The notes: a model not told the origin generated them from the letters alone. Counted from the stretch's first letter, positions 25,468 to 39,318 are shown. The stretch: 64,000 bases of DNA from Eledone cirrhosa (GCA_964016885.1 OZ024747.1:4154001-4218000); one strand, 5' to 3'. Program-made: numbers and translations.

Positions 25468-25833
25468 TTAATTCTTTTGCATTTAAACCGGCCATATCCG
25501 ACCAAAATTCTTTCACCTCTTTCTTTCACCATAACTGGCCACTCATACTCAATGTTAAAATATTGTTCTCAAAATAAATGATATCAAAATCTCTAAGATT
25601 CGATATTATATGAGATATTATGTAAGGTAAAACCCTTACTGTGAAAATACAATAATATATATATAGTGTAATGTAAATGTTATGAGATATTATGTGAGGT
25701 AAAGCCTTTACTGTGAAAATACAATAATATATATAGAGTAATGTAAATGTTATGCGAGATATTATGTGAGATAAAACCTTTACTGTGAAAATACAATAGT
25801 ATATATAGAGTAATGTAAATGGTAAAGAGTTAA
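25468..25833. mobile_element. piggyBac-type non-autonomous element carrying an internal ~72-bp repeat x3
   Basis: TTAA at both ends; imperfect TIR TTCTTTTGCATTTA / TAAATGGTAAAGAG; tandem units 25610-25820. Confidence 0.65.
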
Positions 25834-28173
25834 GGTAGTAAATCTATTCCACATGGTGCCACCATAAATGAAACTGAAGAGTCAATCTGCCTCATGGTCC
25901 TGGCAGGATGGAGAAGACATTACCCCAGAAGATGGTGAGGGAGACTCACTGAAACAGCTACTTCACCACACAGGGCTTGCATCTGCGGGTAGCCAACTCT
26001 TCTCATATAGCAGTGAGTAGGGATGTGGTCCAGAGGCCAAGAATACCAGAAGTCTCCACTGTCACAGGCTCAACCATAAACCTATGAGAAAGCAGCCAAT
26101 ACATTGACAGTTTGCTCTCTTTGACCTGGCAAGCAGCAAAGACTGGGCTGGTAGCCAAATGTTGTCTCTTAATTTCCTAGCTTTATTTACTTTGTTAGTT
26201 CCTCCTCTATTACTAGAAATTTTACCAAGAGACTTTTTTTAAATGGAATATTAACCCTTTCATGACCACATTCCTAATGAAATACACTCTATTTTAATTG
26301 ATTAATAAACAATTAAGCTCATGGATATTATCCAATCATCTTGCTCAAGGTCTACCCCTGGGTCTCCTGTCATTTGGTTATGCCCATAAAATTTGTCTAG
26401 CAATTCTTTCCTTAGACATTCTAACCACAGGAGAAATAGCGGCTCTACCTGGAGTGATTCTTTGATCTCTAAGATACTCTATTGAGTATCATTACTCCAA
26501 AGACCGTTTGGAGGAATCCTATTTCGGCGGCTTGTATTCGCTATCATATTCTTTATTACCGAAGATTTATGACTATAGGGAAGGGTTGGCATAAATGCCG
26601 AATTGAAGATAGCAATTTGGCTTTTACAACTACTTCCCTTCTTCTGATTACCGAATTACTGCAGCAGCTTGTGCAATTCTTACACTTAATTCAGCCTCCT
26701 GTGAACTGTATTCAGACCTTGAGAATGATGAGCTGTTAAAGGTTTCTCACTTTCTCTCTTACTCTCTTTCTCTCTCATTCTCTGGAAGAAGTGAACTGTA
26801 TTCAGACCTGGAGAGTGGTGGCCTGTTAAAGGTTTAAAGGTCACTGATGAAATTCAACTAAATACATGTTTGATCCTGGGTTTAAAAAAATAAAAAATAA
26901 AACCCACTCTTTTTGCTGATCCAATCAAGTTAACTCCCCACCCACCCCACCACCATCCCCACCTAAAAAAAAAACAGTTTTTCATTAAGAAAAAAGAGGG
27001 TATTGACACACTGTTAGCACACAGTTCCTACTACACCTTATATTTAATAACAACCGTGCTGTTTACTTGCTTTATATGTTGTTCACGTAGGGCTTTGGTT
27101 ATTTTGCATCATAAGCAGTAAATTTGTTCTATTGTTTCTCATCCACTTTTGCTTAGCTTTGAAGAATTTCTTCACTATTTCCATGTAATCTGATATTACT
27201 CATTTCTTTCTCAAACACTTCTATCATGTTATGTGTTGTTATGAATTTACTTTGTTTTTTTTTTTTCTTTGTATTTATTTATTATATTCTGCATCCCTTT
27301 TATCTCTATAGATAGGATATATATTTGAAATTGCGATAGATGCAAGTTTTTGGGGGTTTCTCTTTTTTGTTCCTGTTTCTTACCTAAACTCTTGTTTCTA
27401 ATATGATTAGATCTACTATATGTATAGAAGGGCTGAATAGTAAACCTACCTCTTTAGGATCTTCTGTAAGAGACTACCTGTTCACAAAACAGACCTCTGA
27501 TCCTAAAAATGGTTGATACACACAAGCATATATTGAATAAAATTATTATTTTTTCCAGCTTTGCATTGTTAAGTAGCTATTATCACCTTCCTATTTGTAT
27601 ACTGAAATAATGCTACATAAAATAAACCACAAGATCTTACTTATTCTGTTGTAGATTTTTTAAAGAAATATCTAGTGGATATTTCACAGCAGCCATTTTC
27701 TTTTGCCATTATTAATGTTCATTTATTTAATTTAAGATTGACCTTCTTATCTGAAAGTATTCCTGTACAACCTGAAATATCACTCACCTGTGTTCTATAG
27801 TTCACTTACTTAAAAATACACTTCTAAGAGAAATTATAATAGAGTGAAGTGAATGTATAGAAGCATATCTATTGATCTTCCTCATTTTCAGTTTCTCTCT
27901 CTCTCTCTCTCTCTCTGATATGCATGTATAAGTATATGCATTTGTTAATTCATGTACATCTTCATCATCATCACTGTATAACGTCCATTTTCCACTTTAG
28001 CATGGGTTAGACAAGTTGTCCCATTGAAAGACAAATCGGATCAGGTAACCGTGTCTTGCTCCTTATACAGAACTATATCTATCTATCTCTATATATATAT
28101 AGAATAAGGAAAAGCGAAGTATAGATAGATATATACTTCATAAATACTAATTATGATGTACCCTGCATCAAGT

Positions 28174-28750
28174 ATACAAAGTGGTATCAAAAAGTTCCTG
28201 GACTAGTTATGTTTTCAAAAAACTAATATATTTACCTAAGTTTTACCATCATCTCCTTCAAAATAGTCACCAGCAATACACCGGTCGCAGCATTCCTTCA
28301 ACTATTGGAATCAAACCCAGAAGTCATTTTCTTTAAGCAAGTCGAGGACCTTCTGCGATACACTCTGGATCTCAACAACAGTGTTAAAACAGCGACCTTT
28401 GGGCTGAATTTTAAGCTTGGAGAAGAGATGGAAGTCGACATTGCTAAATCTGGTAAATAGGGTGGATGCAGAAGTGATACAAACACCTCAAAACATTAAC
28501 AATATTGTTGATTGTCCTCTGACAACCCTCATGCATAAAACTGATAAATTTTCTCCCCATTTCTGGGGGTGATGCTCATGGCAGACATCCAGATTGCTTG
28601 TCATTTTCCAGGGACATTCTTCCGACCCATTGCCGAAACATGCTCAATGCCTCTGTAGCAGACTTCCCAAGCTGAATGCAAAATGTCACATTAGCTATTT
28701 GTTCCAACTTCCTGTTGATAACAAAATCGAAAATACTATAGCATACATGT
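28174..28750 (-). mobile_element. Decayed, internally deleted mariner-type transposon
   Basis: HPPYLPDLAMS (YSPDLAP motif) and FCIQLGKSATEALSMFRQ (HTH) remnants; TIR-like TACAAAGTGGTATCAAAAAGTTCC. Confidence 0.8.
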
Positions 28751-29754
28751 GATGACAGTAACATCTATATAGACCCAGCCAACTCTTGGTAGAAGGGAAA
28801 GCAGACATTAAAATGATGATGATGATGATGATTATATATATATTTATGTAGGTTTTAATCTCAGATTTTTTGCAATACATATGCCAGAAAATATTGCATG
28901 TAACAGCTTTTGTTCTACAAAAATGCACTGTTCAATGCGACCATAGAAACCACTGCAAGAAAAAAAATGAAAAAGAATGAAAAGAAAAAATGGCCAAACT
29001 TCTTTGGATTGTAAAACGAAGAGAAAGAGAAAATGTGAAGAAAATATTTGAAATTCCTCTAAAATGTTCATTGGGTAATGGAACAGTTTGTGTTCATATT
29101 AAATTGCCAGTACCAGTATAAAATAGAACCAAATAATGTTTGTTGCCACTTAAAAACATCCTACCTTACGACAAACACTAAACATCATTTATAGGAATTT
29201 CTGTTTGAAACTACTTTACTGGAGAAACGTAAGGAATGAGATAAAAGACGAAGAGAAAAACAAAGAAAAAAAATCAAAACAAACAAGAAAAAGTCCATGA
29301 ACAAAAAAACAAAATAACAGCATTTTGAGATTAAAAAAACAAAAGCAACAACAAAGAATAAAAAAACGACCCCCCCCCCCCCCCCCCCCCAAAAAAAACC
29401 CAACAAACACAATGCAAAGCAGACAAACAAACAAAACAAACAACAACTAGAGATTAATGGTTGATATATAAGTTACTAATGGTAAAACTGTTCCTACATA
29501 AAGATGTCAAATATTCTGTTTCTGATAGAATCAAAAAAAGATGGCTTTCAAATTTATCAGGAAAGAACCAAGAAAAAGCAACAAGATAGAAAATACACCA
29601 TTTTTTGTTTTGTTTTCTCTTTAATTTTGCATATGATAATAAATCCTTTTCTTCTGAAATAGGAATTTATTGTCTAATGAGGGACTTGTATGGAACTTGT
29701 TATAGATTAGAAGTTACAAGAAAATATCTGCCAATATTGAAATTATCTTTCTTC

Positions 29755-30191
29755 ACCCTCCCCCTCCACTCTCTCTCTCTACTCTCTCTCTCTCCACTCT
29801 CTCTCCCTCTCTCTCCCTCTCTCCCTCTCTTGCTTTCCCTTGCTCTATGTTTTTTCCTTCTCTCTCTGGCTCTGTCTCTCTTTCCCCTCTTTGTCTGTTT
29901 GTCTCCCCTCACACATTCTCTTTCTTTCGCTCCCCTCACTCATTCTCTTTCTTTCGTTCCCCTCACTCATTCTCTTTCTTTCGTTCCCCTCACTCATTCT
30001 CTTTCTTTCCCCATCCTCTCCACTCTCTCTCTCTCCCTCTCTCCACCTCTTGCTTTCCCTTTCTCTATTTCTTTTTTTCCTTCTCTCTCTCTGTCTCTCT
30101 TTCCTCCCGCTTTATCATTTTCCTCTCTTTGTCTGTCTCCCCCTTTCTCTCCCTCATCCTCTTTCTTTCCCCATCCTTCTCTCTCTCTCTC
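29755..30191. repeat. CT-rich tract with 27-bp sub-repeat
   Basis: CCCCTCACTCATTCTCTTTCTTTCGTT x4. Confidence 0.85.
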
Positions 30192-31017
30192 AAAATAAAT
30201 AAACCGACCAAACATTAGTTCTGTGATGTATAAGACAGACAGACAGACATGTGAGACTATCATAATGAGATGTGCTGAGTCAAGTCAGGATTAATAACTT
30301 GTAATGATTAAAAAAGTATCTTGGTTTGGAAAACAGTCAAATCAGTTGCTTTAATAATAAAAAGGGACTGGGATAATTATTTTGGAACTTTTCCTAAAGA
30401 ACCCTGATTAAGATTGGTAACTTGTGATAGTTCAAGTGAAGGGAGATTAATGTAGGCCTCTTGATAATCTTAGTAACAGTCATCTTCGGATTCTGGTGCT
30501 AAAAAGGCACTCATTATTATCATCATTATAAGGGTGGGGGATTGACAGAATCGACAGAATGTTGGACAACATGCTTTGTGGCATAGAGTCACGGCTCTTT
30601 ACATTCTGAGTTCTAATCTCACTGAGGTCAACTATGTATGTATGTGTATGTCTCTCTTTCTATTAATTTTGAGTATATTTTTGACCGGCCACCTTCCTGA
30701 AAAGAAATTGTCATCCCTTGAATCACAAGAATGTTTTACAAACTTTGAAGGTGTCAGCTATCGCAGCCATTTGTAGACTATGAATTAGGGAGCTGCGCTC
30801 TTTGTCCGCAAATCCAAGTTCAGTTATACGTTGGTCCAAGCGGGATGTATGTATGTATGCATATATGTATATATGTATATATATATGTGTGTGTGTGTGT
30901 GTATAGATCTGTGCCCCATGGTGCAGTCATAGGAGGACGATAATGACAGAGCATTTATTGAGCATTTTAAACCTGTTTGATAACTTAGTAACGTTTCTGT
31001 GAGAAATCTAACTTCCA

Positions 31018-32232
31018 TTGCAATGTGTTGTGTTGCATCGTTGTGTTGTGTTGCACCATTGTGTTGTGTTGCACCATTGTGTTGTGGTGCACCATTGTGT
31101 TGTGTTGCACCATTGTGTTGTGTTGCATCGTTGTGTTGTGTTGCATCATTGTGTTGTGTTGCATCATTGTGTTGTGGTGCACCATTGTGTTGTGTTGCAC
31201 CATTGTGTTGTGTTGCATCATTGTGTTGTGTTGCATCGTTGTGTTGTGTTGCACCATTGTGTTGTGTTGCACCATTGTGTTGTGGTGCACCATTGTGTTG
31301 TGTTGCACCATTGTGTTGTGTTGCATCGTTGTGTTGTGTTGCATCATTGTGTTGTGTTGCATCATTGTGTTGTGGTGCACCATTGTGTTGTGTTGCACCA
31401 TTGTGTTGTGTTGCATCATTGTGTTGTGTTGCATCATTGTGTTGTGTTGCACCATTGTGTTGTGTTGCATCATTATGTTGTGTTGCACCATTATGTTGTG
31501 TTGCACCATTGTGTTGTGGTGCACCATTGTGTTGTGGTGCACCATTGTGTTGTGTTGCACCATTGTGTTGTGTTGCATCAGTGTTGTGTTGCACCATTGT
31601 GTTGTGTTGCACCATTGTGTTGTGTTGCATCATTGTGTTGTGTTGCATCATTGTGTTGTGTTGCTTCATTGTGTTGTGTTGCACCATTGTGTTGTGTTGC
31701 ACCATTGTGTTGTGGTGCATCATTGTGTTGTGTTGCACCATTGTGTTGTGGTGCATCATTGTGTTGTGTTGCATCAGTGTCGTGTTGCACCATTGTGTTG
31801 TGTTGCATCAGTGTTGTGTTGCACCATTGTGTTGTGGTGCATCATTGTGTTGTGCTGCACCATTGTGTTGTGGTGCATCATTGTGTTGTGTTGCATCATT
31901 GTGTTGTGGTGCACCATTATGTTGTGTTGCACCATTGTGTTGTGTTGCACCATTGTGTTGTGTTGCATCATTGTGTTGTGGTGCACCATTGCGTTGTGTT
32001 GCACCATTGTGTTGTGGTGCATCATTGTGTTGTGTTGCACCATTGTGTTGTGTTGCACCATTGTGTTGTGTTGCATCATTGTGTTGTGGTGCATCATTGT
32101 GTTGTGTTGCATCGTGTTGTGGTGCATCATTGTGTTGTTGCACCATTGTGTTGTGGTGCACCATTGTGTTGTGGTGCACCATTGTGTTGTGGTGGACCTT
32201 CTAGCTTACATTGCAATATGTTGTGGTGCATC
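31018..32232. repeat. 18-bp minisatellite (TTGTGTTGTGTTGCACCA)
   Basis: Period 18; explains all overlapping periodic ORFs. Confidence 0.96.
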
Positions 32233-32583
32233 ATTCTGTTGAAATTGTCTGATCTTCTCTTAGGTAGATGAGAGGGTTACCATGACAACTGGAAGTGCAT
32301 ATGCACTAACAACTTGCTGTCATTTAACATTATCCTTAGCTTCTTCAACTATTTCTTCTAATAACAATGTCCAATACAGAACTGTCTTCTTTGAACTTCA
32401 AGATCCTCATTATTGTTGAAAGAGTGAAAGGGTTATTGTCAAGTCTGCAGTTACATTTAAATTGCTCCTCTAGCAGCACTTCACAATCTTAATGAGACTC
32501 TCCATACCTAAACAGTACATTGCTAAATATATATACAAAATAATAAATGCCAACTATTTAAGCATATATTATATAGAAATAAG

Positions 32584-32790
32584 GTCAGGTGAGGTCAGGC
32601 TTTTGCCTGCTACTGATACTGTGTAACCCAGTACAACCTGCTTCATGGTCTGTGACTAAACTGGCTCCGCCACCAGACACTGATGTGCTGAGGGGGGTAA
32701 GTGGAACCCCAGTAGTAAAAAAAAAAGCAAAAAATAAATAAGAGCTGTTAAAAGGGCAGATGAACTCCTCAGAGTCAACAGCCATCCACC
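32584..32790 (+). mobile_element. Diverged copy of an RTE-type 5'-terminal structured segment
   Basis: Aligns over about 200 bp with 51250-51440 (-): TGCTACTG..CCCAGTACAACCTG..CATGGTC..GACTAAACTGGC..AAAGGGCA..AGAGTCAA..GCCATCCA. Confidence 0.65.
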
Positions 32791-33439
32791 CCAACTATAC
32801 GTTAAATAGTCTCACCAACCTGCAATTAGTCAAGTATGGTAAATAAGACTACATCCCTGACATGACTAAAACCAAACAGAAAGTGGAGGGCTCAACCAGG
32901 GAGGAGTTCCTCTAACTGGTGTGAGAAGGCCCTGGATTGGATTCAAATTTTACTGAGGTCAAATCTAATTTTCATCCTTTTGAACACAATAAAATAAAAT
33001 ACTAATCTAAGAGAGTTGATTGGTTGTATTTGTTCTGTTTTTGTTTGTTTTTTAGTTCAGATTTCACTGATGCCTTCTTGACTTAATCTGTCTCTAAGTT
33101 TGCCCCCCGTTCTTGTGTGTTTTAACCATTCAGACTGAGGTGTCCAATTTGAGGATATTTTCATTCCTTCCAACCATCAGTCTCAAGCTTTGAAAAGGGT
33201 CAGATTCTGCTCTTTTCACTCTGACTAAAGCAATACCCCACCCACACACAAGTAATATTTGTATTCTACATTCTTTGATATTTGATCAGAAAATGAAGAC
33301 TAAATCTTCCTCAAATGTTGGGAAGTTTTTGTTTTTATTTGTTTCTTTTCTTATCTCAATTTTACTCAAATTTACAAGAAATTGTCCATAATTTGTTGTG
33401 AATATTTTCACAGGAATCAAAATGTGTTTAGTTAGTTAT

Positions 33440-34012
33440 TTTCTTCTCCCTTCCACTCTCTCTCTCTCGTTACCTCTCTCTCTCTCCTCTCTCTCTCCCC
33501 TCTCTCTCATCACCCCTCTCTCACTCGTTACCTCTCTCTCTCCCCTCTCTCACTCGTTACCTCTCTCTCTCCCCTCTCTCTCATCACCCCTCTCTCACTC
33601 GTTACCTCTCTCTCTCCCCTCTCTCACTCGTTACCTCTCTCTCTCCCCTCTCTCTCATCACCCCTCTCTCATGATCTCTCTCTCACTCATCACTGCTCTC
33701 TCTCCTCTCACTCATCACTGCTCTCTCTCCTCTCACTCGTCACTGCTCTCTCTCTCCTCTCACTCTCTCTCTCTCTCCTCTCACTCATCACTGCTCTCTC
33801 TCTCCTCTCACTCATCACTGCTCTCTCTCTCTCCTCTCTCTCACTCTCCTCTCACTCGCTCTCTCTCCTCTCACTCATCACTGCTCTCTCTCTCTCTCTC
33901 TCCACTCTCTCCCTCTCCTCTCACTCGCTCTCTCTCTCTCTCCTCTCACTCATCACTGCTCTCTCTCTCTCTTTCTCCTCTCACTTGTCATTGCTCTCTT
34001 TCTCTCTCTCTC
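33440..34012. repeat. CT-rich compound microsatellite
   Basis: (CT)n with CACTCATCACTG interruptions. Confidence 0.9.
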
Positions 34013-34619
34013 ATATCTATATTGATATTGATAATTATTTCTGATAATAGAGTTCTTGGTTCTTTAATCTGTTCTACAGATATTTCTCCCTAATTAGACA
34101 GACAAACATAGATTATCACCAAACTCAGTCTAATCAGAATTATAGTAATTAAGTAATATAAAAAGTATTTTCTTGTTTAATATAGATAAATAAGAAGATT
34201 ACACTGGTAATTACTATTAGTGCCAAATCTGTGAGGTGAAAGTATGTTGATTTTTAGGCTAATATCATTGAGCAGGGAGAAATTCTACCCAAGCCAGATT
34301 CTAAACTAAGAAAGCAAGCAAATTATGGCTTAGTTTCATGTCTCAGCTTTAGGAAATAAGTTAAGGGCTGAAATTCTTGTTTGAGGAGAGTTTCTTCTCT
34401 GAAGACCTACTAATGTCCAGCTCTCCTGAGAGTTTCTTACCACTGACCTTTTGTAAATATTGTAATGTATTGTATTTGATGGTATATAAGGCTCCTCTTT
34501 TTTTTAATAAAAAGAATGGCTAAAAATATATCATGTGTTTCTTATATGAAAAGTTATGCTACCTGTTTTAATAGCAATAGTTGGCTGACTCATAATGTTT
34601 TCTTAATATTCCCTACAGC

Positions 34620-35215
34620 AAGGAGTTAGCTTTTGAGATTTAGACATCCTCTAAAAATTTTGTTCTTAGAGTTCAAATAATTATTCTCTGCAGGTTACAA
34701 ACCTTATAATATCCTAAATTTTTCACTGAAGCAGAGAAATCTCTTGGTAGCATTGGTATAAGATCTGGTCCTTTCACGTATCTTCCCAGTAATCTATGTG
34801 GGACTCCTTTCTCCTTTGATTGTCAGACACTATTTGCTAGGGCCATGTTGGTTCTCATACCAGATTCCTGAAGGAGTTGTTTGAAATGATCTGGTACCAT
34901 ATCTACATATTTTTCACTAACTTAATAATTATCTGTGGTATTGTGTGTAATCTCTGCCTCTAATACAATGCATTTGATATTACAATTCTGTTGGAGAGAG
35001 CAGTTCTCTTTAATCCTACAAGAGCAACTTTGATTTACATCGGGTTTATTCTTTGCGGTAATTTTTGATCTCATAGATGGGCCACAAGAATAGGATATTT
35101 TGACAGAATTGTGATTGCAGATTTTACTGTATCTATGTGGTGGTGGGAAATGTCTATTGATTAGATCTAGAAACTTCTTGCCTACTTTAGACTTTATGTT
35201 AAGCAATATTTTACT
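34620..35215 (-). mobile_element. Penelope-like element remnant (RT/GIY-YIG linker region)
   Basis: VGKKFLDLINRHFPPPHRYSKICNHNSVKISYSCGPSM...CSCRIKENCSLQQNC...IVLEAEIT matches the typical PLE linker and Cys knuckle preceding GIY-YIG; 5' end abuts (TA)n. Confidence 0.85.
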
Positions 35216-35434
35216 ACATATACATATATAGATAGATGTATATATAGAGAGATAGATGTACATATATATAGATAGATGTATATACATAGATAGATGTAGT
35301 TTTATATATATATTCATACCTACATACTTATGTATGTGTGTATGTATATATTTACACATACATGTATACACATATGCACACACATATACATACATATAAT
35401 AAACATATATACAATATATCAGCATCATCATCAT

Positions 35435-35487
<53 letters not shown>

Positions 35488-36916
35488 CTTAAGCATGTGT
35501 ATGTATATATTTACACATATATATATATATACACATACATATAATAAACATATATATAGATACTTGTGTATGTGTATATGTATATATATGCACATACATA
35601 CACACACTCATCTACATACATATAATGAACATATATGTAATGTATATATATATGTATATATTTACACATACATATATACACATACATATATACACATACA
35701 TACACACATACAGCTATGTATGCATACATACACACTCACACATCCATATATGTAGTCCCTATTGGAACTGATCTAAGCTGCTTTTATAGTGGCAATTTAG
35801 AACTTGCCATTTTATGTACCATTTCATCAAGCAAAAATGTTCCTACCGCTTTCATTGATAATGGGAGAGCTTTTGTAGAGAGATGCTTTGTACTCTGTGC
35901 ACTTGAGAACACTGTTCAATTGAGTTAATTATTCGATTGTAAAAAATAAAAAAAAAAACGTAAAAAGGAAGGGGGTGGATGGGTGGGTGAGAGATATTTT
36001 ATTATATCTCTCAGAGTTGGAGTAAATTCACCATCTTTCTAAGAATGCCCATTGCTTATTTCAGAGAAATATGTTAGATGGGAAGTTAAAAGAACATTAT
36101 TGTTTTTCTGCCAGCTTCTATTTATTCATTTAATTATTTCTTTATTATTACTATTATTATTATTATTCTTATTATTATCATAATTATCACCAACACCGCC
36201 ATCATCATCAACCAGCAGTATTACTATTATTATTATTATTATTATTATTATAAGTAGTAGTAGTAGTAGTAGTTGTTGTTGTTGTTGTTAAATGTTTTAT
36301 GGCATTTTAATTTAAAAGCATTTATTTCATTCAATCAGGAATGGTCAGATACATAGAATTTTATTTTTTCTGAGTGAAAATGTTGCTATAGCATGTATGT
36401 AAAATACTTGCTACATGTGTGTGAATGTACACATGTATTTATGCATGTATATATAAATAAATACACAGTTATCTATGTAATTCTCTTTATCTATACATAT
36501 GTGTTGCTTTATATACACATGCTTATACATATATATTTTTTTTATATACTGATGTACACACACACGTGTGTGTGTGTGTGTTTATAGAATTTGATTTGCG
36601 ATTGAGAGGTTGTGAGCACAATTCTTAGACTGGGTGATGTGTTATGTCCTTGAGCAAGATACTTTATTTCATGTTGTTCTTTCTGCCAGGAGTTGTGTTC
36701 AGTAGATAGTATCAGCAATGGAAAGAACAATGGAAATTTTGTTTCCTTGGTCAGATTTGATGAGGTCCACCTCACTTGGTAAGTGAATGGGGTCTGGGAT
36801 CTTGTTGATCGACATAGATGTATCTATGAGGGTCAGCTGAAAAGTTCAATAGGTGCTAAACAATGATGGGATGATAATGACATACATACATACATATATA
36901 TATATATATAATTTAA

Positions 36917-37110
36917 GAAAAGAGTCAGAACCCCGACGGCAGAGGTCAAGCTGCTTCAACAGTTATTTCTGGAAATAGCTGTCGAAACGGCTTGAGGTCT
37001 ACTGTCGGGGTTCTGACTCTTTTCCTATTACCCACTCTACTACCCAAAGTATTGAGTACTCTGGTGCATTATGGTCCATCAGGTTCCTTATCACACTTCC
37101 TTCGTTATAT
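36917..37110 (+). mobile_element. Short dispersed repeat (likely PLE 3' end) with an inverted duplication forming a 53-bp-arm hairpin
   Basis: Arms 36917-36969 / 36972-37024; 3' part recurs at 60150-60255 (-); fragments at 38540-38578 and 45490-45528. Confidence 0.7.
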
Positions 37111-37454
37111 ATATAATTTATAAATATTTATATAAAAATACATGTGTACATAAAAAAACCTTTTCGATGTTCATCCATATAAAGGACATGATAGCGTCTC
37201 TAGTAATTGTGCCATGATAAAATGTAACCAGTATACTCTATAAGGTGGTTGACATCAGACAGAACATCCAGCAATAGAAATCATACCAAAACTGGAATAT
37301 ATTGAGTGATATAATGTTCCCCAAACCATTTATTTAGCATCTCCAATGAAGTAGTAACATGTGTAACCCATGCCAATTGGGAAATGTGAATGTAAGGATG
37401 TAAATTGATGATGATGATATATATATGATATATATATATATGATGATGATATAT

Positions 37455-37690
37455 ATATATATATAATTATGTAAAAGGTAAACAAAAATAACAAGGTATA
37501 TGGCACAGTACATGGAAGAATTATATTAGTTTAATACTTGAAGTAGCAGGAAGAGAATCTTAACGTTTCAGACACTAGTCCTTCATTGAGTTAGACATTG
37601 AAGATAAATAGAAAGTAAAGATTGATAAGAGGAAGGAACAGGGAAAAATGGAAGAGAAAAAAGCATGCATATTCAGTTGGCTATCTTGAA
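37455..37690 (-). mobile_element. Penelope-type short element with decayed minimal hammerhead (37557-37592)
   Basis: Homologous to 57860-58050; keeps GAAACGTT-AAGA but the CUGAUGA box is mutated. Confidence 0.6.
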
Positions 37691-37964
37691 GACATATATA
37701 TATATACACATATATACACACATATATATATAATGTAAGTGTGTTTATAAATATACTGATATATAAATGTGTGTGTGTTGGTGGTGGTGGGGGGGGGGGT
37801 GCTTTAAATGTTATCATTAGTTTACGTTTAATTCTATTTCTGTTCTGTTCTGGTTTTTCTTCTTTTTTTCTTTTAAGTAATATAAAAATAAAATAGAAAC
37901 TATAGAAGAAAGAAAAACACAAACAAACAGAAAACCAGTAAAAATTACTGTTTCTTGATCTGAC

Positions 37965-38015
37965 CTTTTTCCAGTGGAAATCCAGGGTTGAATACATTTC
38001 ATTGAAATCTAGAAA
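37965..38015 (-). CDS. Candidate short exon (FLDFNEMYSTLDFHWKK; alternative acceptor at 38008)
   Basis: Poly-T tract plus accag| acceptor; AAG|gtcaga donor. Confidence 0.25.
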
Positions 38016-38089
38016 CTGGTAAAAAAAAAAAAAAAGAGAGAGGGTGGGAGGGAAATCTCTGAAAGCATTTTAAAATCCAGTCTACTTAC

Positions 38090-38193
38090 ACTGATGTTCC
38101 CTTTGAGCTGTTTAACACTAGTGCACGCATTAGTGTGCATACTTCTCTCCATGCATCAGTAGGATATTCATTTGCATTACTTATGTGCTGGCC
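38090..38193 (-). CDS. Candidate 104-nt exon (possible start MERSMHTNACTSVKQLKGNIS from ATG at 38152)
   Basis: gatgttag| acceptor, AGT|gtaagt donor; 74-nt intron to next candidate keeps the frame. Confidence 0.25.
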
Positions 38194-38368
38194 CTAACAT
38201 CAAGCGAAAGATATAATATAACATTGAAGATGAAATAAGTAACAAAAAAGAAATGAAGAAATGAAACCAAGATTTCAACTGATGCTCTTCTTATAAAGAA
38301 CGGAAATGCAATACTACAATGCTGCTAGCCTTCCTTCCTAGTTGAAATATCTTTCTGAACTTTATACC

Positions 38369-38405
<37 letters not shown>

Positions 38406-38981
38406 TATATATATATATATATATATGCATATATAAATATATATATACTTACATACATAGGTATATATACACTTATATATAGATACATGTATATAAATCA
38501 GGATGGATTTAGTTTGAAATTGATTAGACCATTACACAATAGAGTACTCGATATTTGGGGTAGTAGAGTATGGTTATATTCATCATCATCATTCAGTGTT
38601 TGATTATGCAGGGCACAATTAATCTCTAAGTAAGGGTGGGTCTTGCCTGATAGCATTCCTCAGCATCCTGCTCCATATGTATATATAAATGTGTATATAT
38701 GTATATATAAATGTGTGTATATATATATATATATATAAAAGTGTGTATATATATATATACATACACACATATCATTTATGTTGGGCTGTTTACTAGCTGG
38801 TAGAATTAGTGGTTCAGGTTAGTAAATGATGATGTAACAAATTAATTAAAGCACTCAACGTTATGTAAGTCATCCATCATAGATGTGGTATCCAGTGGTT
38901 GGTACAGGAACAGTAAAGTATTCATTAAACAACAACAGAAGGCTGGACTTGGAAATTACTTTAGAATGTTAATCCCACAAA

Positions 38982-39053
38982 AGCACTATGCATATTTCGA
39001 TGTCCAAGCCCTATCATCAGATTATATTAGACTTGGCGATGTCATCAGGTGTT
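38982..39053 (-). ncRNA. Decayed type I hammerhead-like motif
   Basis: CAC-CTGATGA-..CCAAGTC..GGCTTGG..-GAAATATGCAT-A-GTG; base of stem II mismatched. Confidence 0.45.
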
Positions 39054-39208
39054 ATTTGCAGAATTATATAATAAAATTACATTGAACCCAAACAGAGAAT
39101 AGAAGGTAGGAGATACAAGGAAATTGAAAATAGAAAATAGAAGACTGATTTGATTCAGGGAGTGCCTGCTAATTTGGTGTTGTATCTATATTCGGGGATT
39201 GTCTGCTA

Positions 39209-39318
39209 TACCTAGCTTCAGCAAAAGCAGTGGAAGTAATCGACAATGCCACTGTTTCTGACTCATAAGTGGTTATTCAAGACTACATATCTCCCCCTGC
39301 TTTTACTGAAGCTAGGTA
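39209..39318. mobile_element. Small MITE-like element
   Basis: TA-CCTAGCTTCAGCAAAAGCAG ... CTGCTTTTACTGAAGCTAGG-TA (20-bp TIR, 1 mismatch, TA flanks). Confidence 0.7.

Noticed and set aside
27445-27810. Several good minus-strand splice-like sites
   Set aside because: Implied exons have stops in all frames or are implausibly short; expected by chance
30824-32271. Cys-rich and QHN-repeat ORFs
   Set aside because: Products of an 18-bp minisatellite open in most frames
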